Origin: Lophium mytilinum
Lineage: Eukaryota
NCBI GenBank assembly: GCA_010093605.1
Contig: MU004196.1
Span: forward strand, 580,606-644,605
Length of the DNA: 64,000 nt
Direction of reading: 5' to 3'
A program made the translations under genes and the position numbers. A model generated the notes under the pieces. It saw only the letters and a program-made list of their open reading frames with translations, was not told the origin of the DNA and ran no database searches. Of the stretch, positions 33,447-43,612 are shown in pieces. The stretch's first letter is position 1. Every line of letters begins with the position of its first letter.

Positions 33447-36400
33447 ATGGCCGAGATCGGGCTCATAGCGTCCGTCATCCAAGTCGCCGGCGCAGGCCTT
33501 AAGCTCGCCGACACGTTATACCAATACGCCGAAGCTGTCTCAACCGCCGACAGACGCATTAAAGACATCGCTAGAGATGTCAAATTGACCTCGCGCGTCA
33601 TCGACGAGCTAGGAAGCATCTTTAAGCAGGACGAAACCGCGTTGTTGCTCTCCAACAATGCCGTCAGTACAGCCCAGGAGACGGTGCGCGAGTGCTCCAG
33701 TCTATTCGAAGAGATGGACGCCGCGCTCAAGAAAACGAAGAAGAATACGCTGGGAAGATTCATGATGCCTTTCCGAGAGCCGAAGATGGAACTTCTCCGC
33801 GCGAATATCGATCGCTTGAAGAGCACGTTGCAGTTATTGATGCAGGTTTTGACGCATGCGTATCAGGTGGCTTCTCAGTATGTTTTGAAGATCAACAGCT
33901 ACTATAAGCACCTAGCTAATGACGGCATATAGTAAGGCGCCGAAAGAAGTGGTGGCAGTCCAGCGCCATAATATCAAGGTTCTGATTAAGGCTAAAAAGG
34001 AATCTACGAAACGATATCAGGAGTCCTTAAGAAGCTACAGTATGAGTGACGAGAGCACAGTCTTGAAGTAAATCACGAAACTTTTGTTATCATCGAGTTC
34101 GTAGACTGACATTCGCAGTGACGACGAAATCTCTATCAACACGAAGGCGCTCGGCACGTCGACAGAGAAAGGCAGTGGATTTGTCACAACCGCCTCCTCG
34201 ATTAGCTCAACCATCACCAAGACAAGCCTAGCGTCATGTGTTGCACATATCCAGAAATTACTGAACGATATTGAACTCGTGCAGCATGCGCTAAACTCCA
34301 ACATCGAAGGCGAAGACGCTTCAGAACACGAACAGGCTCTTGTCGGCTCCTACTTTAGTGCTCGTAAACACCTCGACACCATCATTCTCGGCGGCTCGGG
34401 CCCAGGGAGAACCGACTCAGGCCTCTCAGAGGAGACGCTAGTAACGCCTCAAGGAAGAAATAACAATCAACAAGAGAACGCCGCAATGCTCGCCCCTCCA
34501 CCTGAAGAGACAAAGCCGGCGGTAAAGTTCGTTGATGCCATAGGGAGAAAGTTCGCTTTCCCATGGCAGTCAGCCAAAAGTTGGAGCGTGAGCCCACCCA
34601 CCCTTCTTTAATTCGGTTGCAATTCCCTGCTCTTCCTCCTTTCTAATACATTCAAAGGCAACACAAGGGCTGATCAACGCCGGCTTCGCTCCTATAGAAG
34701 GCTTGAACGAACACGTTGAGGCTGGCCACTACGACCTCGTGGGCCCGGACGGCGAAATCATTCTGCCCCAAATTTGGGAAACCTTCATCGAGCCTGGTAT
34801 GACTGTCAAGATGGAAATGTGGCCAATACCTCCACCGCCTCCACCACTTCCGCCAGCCATGGGGCCAAGTATGCCGGGTCCTCTTGATACCGGCACCTCG
34901 CAAGATCCGTCTGTACTACATGATCCGTTGAGGATACCAACAAAACTAGGACGGGAGCGTGGAAGTGCCAAAAAAGCAATAAAGTCGGGGGAAAAACCAA
35001 AAAGCACGACCAGCCCCCTCCCACCTCCACCTCCTCCTCCTCCACCCCCATCCCTTCCTCCCTCAGACCTCAAAATAGAGTCTACACTTGCCAAAAAGAC
35101 AAAGAAGTCGAAGAAGAAGTTAAAGAAAATACCAAAAGCCGGAATTCTCTGGGCATCTGGAAGCACTTCGCCGCCCGATTCGTCCGCAAAAGACGAAGTG
35201 AGCACAAAAAGCACCGCAAGAATGGTAAATGTAGGACCTGACTACGCCTTCCGAGAACGCGCTCGAAGTCGCTCAAGAGAGCGACAAACCTCTCTAGAGC
35301 CGGAGCATGGGAAAGCTAAGGCAGAGCGCGAGTCGGTGGAGATAGCTCGTGAGCAGATTCTGCGAGGGAGGATGGAGGAGCTTTCGAAGAGGAGAACGAA
35401 TTTGATGATTACCAAAGATGAGGCAAGGCGCAACAGAAAACATGTACGCATCGAGCTCGAAATGGATCACCTTAGAGAAGACATGGAAAGGATGCGCTAT
35501 AATGCCAGAAGGGAGCGTGAGGGTGAAGAATCACTCCGAAAGCGAGAGGAGGAGGAAGAGGCTATGCGAGAAGAGTTACGTCATAGGCAAAGGAACGAAG
35601 AGGAAGCTCGCAACGAGTTCGAAGAAGCTCTCCAGAGCAGGGAGCGGCCCGCTCGTTCAAGATATCAGTTCGAACCTGATGACTCCTTGGACGAAGACGA
35701 AAGCAATCTGGACGCATTTCTAGGCGCTACGAAGCGGCTGAGCGCGCTAGCTAGAGTCACAGGCCAAGAAGTGGACACGCAGAACACAAGTATCTCGCGA
35801 ATCGTCACAAAGACAGATAAAGTCGATGACCAAATTGCTCTCGTAAGCCCACTCGTCACCATTTCTTGACTGAAATAGAAAAGATCCACTAATATACCGA
35901 ACTATAGAATCGACAGCGACTTGATCGAATCGGGTTTGATCCTCCCAAACGACCCCAATCTCCTCCCAAACCCTACAGCGCCCAAGGAGGCCTCCACGTT
36001 GGCGACAACGACATCGACTTTAAGCTCGACAACTACTATAGAAAATCCAAAAATACTGACTATAGTCCCCACCCCAAGGCGGACATCTTCGAAGCTAAAA
36101 TAGCCAACGCAGTCGACGACAACACCAGCGACTCCGAGTCGTTTGTGTTTACCGCGGATTTTCTTGCCTCGGATTTGGACGCTGCTCCAAGTCAAGGCAA
36201 ACGTCAACATTCCCCGGCCCCCGCAGCGGCCGCGGTTTCAGGATTGGTAGAGTACGGGTCCACTGCCTCATTCACCCCAAGTTCGGAAGCGGAATACTCT
36301 GAAGGCGAAGAGCTCAGCTCTCCTGATATCGCGATCGACGGCGAAGTGGATGATGCGGAGGCCGTGCCACCGCCCTCTCAGCCTGCCCCGAAGCTGCGCA

Positions 36401-36825
36401 AGAGGACCAAGACGGGATGTTTGACATGTCGTAAGCAGAGGATTAAGTGCGGAGAAGAACGTCCTATTTGCAACAACTGCATCGACTCGAAACGTCTTTG
36501 CGAAGGATACAACCAGCGTGTTGTTTTTAGGGCGCCCACCGGAGAGTGGCCCAACCATCCGTCCACTGTCAACACACTTCCCCGGTACAGTTCAATGTTT
36601 TCCGGGGCCCGCCCTCAACAGGTAGAAGAGTGGGAGACTGGAAAACCCAGTAAACGGGATGCGAAGATGCAATTCATTGATGTTAAGGCTGGGGTTGATG
36701 AGGATGACGAAGATGACGACGAGGGCGAGGAGGATGCTGAGGTGGATGACCTGTTGAGTGAATGGACGACGCTCAAGAGGGAGGAGTATATGGAGGGAGG
36801 GGTAGACGTGAGAGGGGAGGCGTGA
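33447..36825 (+). CDS. Mosaic protein (~1045 aa): HeLo-like N domain, fungal ubiquitin-like domain, Pro-rich and coiled-coil region, Sec9-like Qc-SNARE, Vac7-like motif, Zn2Cys6 cluster; 5 exons
   Basis: Exons 33447-33877, 33933-34067, 34119-34587, 34658-35842, 35908-36825 total 3138 nt with no internal stop; each intron has a GT donor, a CTRAY branch site and an AG acceptor. Confidence 0.82.
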
Positions 36826-39735
36826 TTTGCCTTGCTTAGATGGATGTACGTAGCATCAAAATCCCAAAAGAATAAATGGCTGGAGCCCGGTTCGAACCTG
36901 GTCCTCGATGAGCGACCGAAGAAAAAGCAACGCAGGACATCTTAAACGTTTGGTGACTAAAAAACAATGGAAAGATGTCTCGACAATTCCTTCGCCAGTA
37001 GGCAAAGGGGTATGTACCTGTCAAAATTCCAAGGTTGAGGACGAAAGAATAAAGCAAAACATATACCTCAGTGAAACGAAACTGTTTGTACTTCGCTGCC
37101 CACACCCTACTCCGATTATATTTTCTTTTCACCATATCACGCAAGAGGTTTTCCACCGATGTAGTGCAAAACCAAGTGCGAATATGCCAGTGATCAGCGA
37201 TCTACTGTCTCCGCCTAGCGTGCATGACACGATTCTACTGTTGTCTATCCCAAAACAAAAATCCCAAAACTATGCAACCGCCCAACCTTGTTCTAGAAAT
37301 CACGATAAACAACCTATACAACCAGCCCCTTCGACTTCTAGAAAGCATGATACAGCCCATTCACTTCCCTGTTTCGAAGGTTGCCCCCTTCCACGCATAA
37401 GTGCAGTATGACTTGAATCGAGGTTTCCGTGTAGACCAAGCCCTCTATTATGAACTCCCGATCCACTTCAAGATACCACCAAGTGACCTTGAAAGTCAGT
37501 CTAGACGGTGAGGTTCTAGATTCCACCTCTACCCATCCATACCCTTAGCCTCACCTCCCATCCCCTCTCCCCCCTCCCCTCTCCTCAATCCCTCAAACCC
37601 ATCCGCCCACCTCAAACCCCAAAATACACAAGTCCCTCACCCAGCCCCTCCCCTCCATCACATGCCCGCCTCGGCTCCCTCCCCCAGCGCCCAGCCTCCC
37701 TAAACCCCATCACCGAGCTTCCCTCGCCGAGCTCCACTCCCCCGTCCCGGCGTCCAGGAACCAGGTGCCCCGGAAACCCTGTCCCTGCCTCTTGCAGATT
37801 GCACCCGCCGTCTCCAGATCCTACGCGCTGACGCCATCCCGGCCCGCGCGTTCGCGTTGTCAGATCAAGATGACCGCGCTCGGCGCCGAGATGCGGGCTT
37901 GGCGGTAAGGGCGGCGGATGAAGGGCGGCGGTGCGGGTGAGTAGCGCTGAGGCGAAGGGCTGGGCCCTAGGTTTGGCGGGAGGGGTGGGTGTTGGTGGAG
38001 GTGGTCGGACGAGGGTTGTAGTGGTGGGACGTCGGGTAGTGGGTGCTGGGCGGCACTAGGGGAGAGATGGGCGGAGCGCCATCGTGCCGAGAGCGGGCGG
38101 GATGGGAGGAGAGGAGGAGAGAGCGAGAGGTGTGGCTGATTTTCGTAGCTTAGGGTTCTTGCTTCCGCTTTTGGAGAGTTGGGGTGCTGGCTTTCTTTTT
38201 TTCTTTAGACGGGATATGTTGCGGCTTGGTTTGAACAATTAGGTCAAGAGTCCGATTCTGCCTGTATGGTCTTTTTCTTTGAAGCTAAGAGCTTTGGGTG
38301 TGATGGGCCATTCTCCACGGTGGTTTTTGGGGCTGTCGGACGGGGAATGCGAGGCCCTAATTCTAGACGTCTCGTCCTTCACATTGTTCTTGGGACTTCA
38401 TAGCTGTACGAGACGATTGCACACGGTAGAACTGTAGTCCTATCATGGCGAGACCTTTAGGAAGTTGACCAGATGTCGTGCTTTTTTGCATTGATAGACG
38501 CCATTCTGGGATTACGAAGCTACCTTAGACCGCGTAGAAGTAGCTATCTTAGAATGAGCAAGTCAAGATGCTGACTCCGACTGGCTCGTTGGTCTTGCGA
38601 ATTTCGAGGGCACGAGGCCTCATTTGACGGCTTGAAGTACATCTTTTAGGCGAGTAGTTGCAGTGCTTTGTTTCGAATGTTTCCATGATGGTGATGGCCC
38701 CGATCATTCTACTAGTACCGAGCTACTTCAGACGGAGTGATGATAGCTCTGTGTGGATGAGTGATCCGACACATTGATTTGGGCTAGCTCGTTATTTACA
38801 CTGGCCTTCGGATATTTCAGTCCGCTAGGCTACCTTAGACGGCTTGATAGTAGCTCCACAGACGAGCAGATCCACGGACCTAATTCCGGAGCCTCATCGT
38901 TGTGTTGTTTTGCCGAGCGCTCATTTAAGTTTTTCGTCACTGTCTAAGGCAACTCAACGGGCGTCTAAGATCTAGGTACCATGTCAAGCCTGATGCCTTG
39001 AAACCTGGGCTGTCTCTGAGGCAATACCCTGATTTAGCACGTGCAGAGTTGAACAGTGTACATCTGAAACCTCGGATCTGCCAGAGGTCTTCTGGAATGA
39101 TATTACATCTTCCAAAATGAAAGCACAAGAACAAGAGGAAGGATCTAGGTGGCTGGACTTCCATGTGCGAGAAACATATGACTTAGCATTCGGTATCTCT
39201 CTGGGAGTCATGCACACTGTTTGGCACTGTGTGAGGTGGCCCCGTAGGCTTCAAAAAGATGATGGGGATGTAAAGTTCCATACGGTGCAAGTTGTACTGC
39301 TTTTTGACCGAGGGGCCACCTAGCGCGGGGGTTTCTCCTGACAGTGGCATCCGTTTAGCAAAAGCGCCGCCTATGCGGTTCAATATCCCGAGCCCAACCA
39401 CGAAATCTACTAGCATGCTAAATCGACGTGGTTTCAACGCGTAGGGGTCGATATCCAGACGAGGGACAAGAATAGGGGCTTTATCGTCACGTTTTCTTTC
39501 CATTTGGTAGTAAATTGAACCACACGACCACGAGAACTATAGGAACTCTCACCCAGTGCTGACTTACCGCTCCCTCGATCGTGAACATAAGGTCGGCAAA
39601 AAGCAACGCCGGGTGCACGTGGTCACGCGCTATCGCGCCAGCGACCTCACTCCTCACTTGCTTTTGCTGCCGCCTTTTGGACTTCCTTCTTCTTGTTCTT
39701 GTTCTTCTTCAACTTCTTCATCAAACAACGACACC

Positions 39736-40134
39736 ATGGCTATCAGAGCCTTCCTCAAGCGTTGGTTGTCCCGGGGGCAGTGGCTGCCGTAAGTACCCCT
39801 TTTGACGACGCGTTTGATATCAGCTCTAGCGAGGCTTTGTACTGACTATATGTATACAGCGTCAAGACCACTCCGGCGGCTGCAGCCGACTGGGACTGGG
39901 AGCAGACGTTCGCTGCTCCCAGTTCCAGCCGGCCGGCGGTTGCGGAGGAAGAAACCGGCGAGATCGTAAGATATCGCGGAGAGTTTCGCTGGTGCCTGCG
40001 AAACGAAGCGGTAAGCTTATCTTTCTGTCTTTGCCTTAATTCAACGGTTACAGATTCAGGATTGGACAACCAGGAGCAAAGCCATCGACTTCCCTCTCCG
40101 GATTAGGATGCCAGGAGCCCGGATCCGGATTTGA
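39736..40134 (+). CDS. Candidate small orphan spliced gene (~94 aa)
   Basis: CT-rich leader, caccATGG start, introns GTAAGT(39789)..ACTGAC..CAG(39859) and GTAAGC(40011)..CAG(40053); the spliced frame is open. No recognisable domain. Confidence 0.4.
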
Positions 40135-43100
40135 ATTTAGAAAGAGATAAGAGATGGATGACGATGTAAGCTGAGAGAAAGAGATAACAGATTTGACGAT
40201 GTTGATAACTAAGGAAGATCCTCCTGGGCTATTCGAAACCTACACTCAAGTGATGTCAGAAGCACCGAGTCCAAGATCACGCTGGATCTTCGCACTATCA
40301 AAAAAGCAGTTCAAACAACCTTATCGTCGACTCGCGCAGATCCAGCCAATGCCAGAACAGTCGCGTGGAGCTACCAATCTTGCCATAGGCTTCGGCCGAA
40401 TAAGGCGCTACCCCTCACCTTCTTTCGACGACGCCGCTGTTGCTCGATCGGCACGCTGCGAGCGAATCAGGCGCGTCCAGCACGATAATCAGGCCATGCG
40501 ACGAATCAAGGCGGGGCGGACTCCAGGGCTTGCTTCTGAGAGGTTGGCTGTCCGTTGATACATATTCAGGGCGGGAATATGTATGTACAGTGTGGCAGCG
40601 TCTCACACCGACATTTGGCATCCCCGCGCGTTAACGAGGGCAATATGAAAGTCAATATTCGCGCCTGGCGACGGCGGCGGCAAAGTAGGTGCGAGGGCGC
40701 CCAAATCGGTCCCGCGGAGACTGGGATCGGAAGTAAACAGCCGCTGGCGGGTGGTCGAGGTGGTGCGAGTGTTGGGAATCGCGGAGAGGAGGTCAGAGTC
40801 ATGGCCACGGGTACTTATCGAATAATCCCCCACAACGAAAGCGAGTGCCTGCAAGCGAATCCCGCGGACGGCGAGCACGCTAGCCCGCAGCCTATCCAGA
40901 GGAGGATAGGCTTGCCACGTGTTGCAAACCCTGCTCGCGCGGGCTTTGGCCAACGGCCATGACTCGGCGACCAGAAAGCTGCCCAGGAGAGCCGATTCGC
41001 CGGATGATCTACGGCAAGCCGTAGGGCAGAGACGGGATTCTGAGGGCCTGAAGGCTGCGGAGGCTTCAGCCCACGATACACATCCAACGAAGAGATCGTG
41101 AACGCGTGCAGCCATCATGCAAGCCTCAAGTTGCGTGCGAGATCCAGGCCTCTTGGCCCAACAGACGCATCCCAGCAGTCCATGCCCCCAACCAGCCTGT
41201 CCAGCCTTGCTCCTTGCAAATTGTCGAAGCGATGCAAAGGCTCCCCCGTTCTCGCAGTGACCCCCAGCACCGCGTCGACGCAGCAGTATGGACCACAGGC
41301 GCTGTGCGCTGCGGAGACCGAGTGAGCGCGCCTGGCGCTGATATTTACGGCGGGTATCTCGGAGGAGGCCCATCCCAGCACGTCTCTTGCCTCGCTCTTT
41401 GCGCTCTGCGGGCTTCCTCGGCCTATTGCTGGTGAGGCGCGAGCGGTTTCCACTAGCCATGCTGGCTGCATGCGGACACGAGGCCACAGTCGGTCCAGCG
41501 TGTCATATGCTCCACCAACCCGCTCGCTACTTGACCGCAACAACGAGCGGAATAGGCCCGCCAGATATCGGTGATCGGCCCAAGTGCCGTCCACGATGCT
41601 GCCGGGAGCACTGCCGGACGCTCTGCTGCCGGCAAACCGGGCCTCGAAGTGTCGACACTCGAGGGCGTTTCACAGCCCCTTGCCGATGATGCTGGCACGG
41701 CGACACGCAGGACACGAGGGCGAAACGTGGGGGGCGTGCGCTGGGGCCGAGTCGGAGATTTCGCCAGGCTTCTTGCCAGATGCGACTGGTGCTGATGGGC
41801 GAACGTTCTGCCCGGCTTCGCTGCTAGCTGCTTCGGCATCCCGAACCCCTGACGGCTCGGCACACAGCTCCTTCGTCTTGTTCTCCCGCCCACGCTGACC
41901 AACCGCGCCGACTAATGCCTCCGCCAGCGTCCCCACCAGCGTCTCCACCCTGCGCAAGAAGCACATCTCAGACATGCGGGCAGCCGGGCCATTCCGCCGC
42001 TGGTGCCGGCGGAGAGGAAGGCTTGGTTGTCGCGGGAGGCCGCGCCCGGAAACCCTGAAACCCTGAGGGCGGTGGAGGCAAGGAGCTCCTGGCCGCGGGA
42101 GAGCTGGGCTCATGTCTCGCAGCCGCAAGCAACGTGTCTCACTGCGGGGACGTCGCACACGTGGAGCGATCAGTCGAGAAACATGTCGTCAGGCCCGCGT
42201 CCATCCACAACACACACCCAGCCGTCGCACTGCGTTGCCGGCGCGGCAGATGTCACGTTTGCCGCATGGGCCTGAGGATCTGCGGCACGCGAGCCGGTTG
42301 GTGTTTGCGCGTCGTCGGCCTCGTGTACGGTGTGCGTGCTGTGCGGCCTGGCTGCCCTGTTGCCTGTCCGCCGCTGAGACGAGGCGGTGCTGGGTGTGGC
42401 ATGCGGAGGACCACGGCCCTGACTCTCTGCTCCTGAGCATGAGATGAGGTTGTGCTGCCGCGGAATGTGGGCGGAAGGCAGGAGGCGGTGCTGACGGGAG
42501 ACTGGTCGGTCGGTCCGGGCCAGGGTGCAACGTGGAGGGCACGTTGTTGTGGAAAATTGTGGAATGGAGCTAGCAGCCACGTCCCGCACCGTCAGCGGCT
42601 TCAGGCATCAAATCCTCCAGCGCCCGTCTCGAGCCAGGGCGCTGCAGGACCGTCAGGTTAGTGACTCCAAGGGACAGAGCCGCAGTCCAGGCCGGCGATG
42701 CGCGCAGCCGTGGCCGCTGTTGCACACGACGGGGCTTTGAGGAGGGCAAAACGGCGGTGCAGCCGTCGAAACCCGGTTGACCTGGTGCCGTGCTGCTGTC
42801 TGAGAGGCCACGGCCCCGCTGCAGAAGGTATCCCGGCGACAACGTGCTGTGGAGCGCAGACTCGCAGATTCCTCCAGATGCAGAGCTGTCGTCAAAAGTC
42901 ATGCAGCGCCTCTTGTGAGCCATGCAGCGTCGCCGCCCGCGATCAGCACAGTATGCAGGCGCCATCGCCGTCTTCTCCGCCGCGTCGGCGAGCCCAGCGA
43001 GCCGGTGTCGACGGACCCGTCGAGGGTTGTTTGGCTTTGGCGGTGCTTGCTGGCGGTGCCCGTGATAGTAATCGGCGAGACTCTGTGCGGCGAAAGGGGC

Positions 43101-43612
43101 TTGCGATCCCGCGTCGGGGAGCTCCAGGGCCTCGTTGGACTCGTTCGGGGGCCTCCACGTGGGCATGCTACGGCGTGTCGCTGAGAGGAGTGGTGGTGCT
43201 GGCCCGATGCCGCTGTGGTGCTTTTGCAGATGCGCTGCAGATTCTCTGGATGCTCTGGATGCTTGCCAGAGCGCTGGAAGAGGCGTGGAGGTTATAGCCT
43301 GCGAAACATCAGCGCCCCATCCGCTCGTTGTACCTCAGCACTCTGCTCCCAAATTGCCGTCCCACCGCGATCTGCAGGGATGCCTCGTGGTCGCCCGCCA
43401 TGGATCGCGTTAGCTCTGCCCTGGAGTCTCACGGCCGGGGGCGCTGGATCATCACCAGGCGGGTTTAGGGCAGGCCAGTGTCGTAGGCCCAAGCCAGCGT
43501 GCAGGTAGCTCTGAAACACCCTTGCTCGTACCCACTCCGTCTGCGACCTGCCCAGGTCTGTGAGGTGCTCTCGCTGAGGAGCGCTCCTACCCTCACCCGC
43601 CCAGCATCCCAG

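Noticed and set aside
36145..36825. Stand-alone Zn2Cys6 transcription factor gene
   Set aside because: No ATG precedes the cluster in this exon; the frame is open back to the acceptor at 35907 and splicing completes the Sec9-like helix.
37500..39503. Possible decayed gene(s), including a GC-skewed minus-strand stretch and a short repeat GCTACCTTAGAC at ~38519 and ~38829
   Set aside because: Several stops in the frames tried and no family motif I can name; needs BLASTX.
40193..43519. Many overlapping 60-294 aa ORFs on both strands
   Set aside because: GC-rich sequence with few stops, Arg/Ala/Pro-rich translations and no domain motifs; best read as the long upstream region of flbA.
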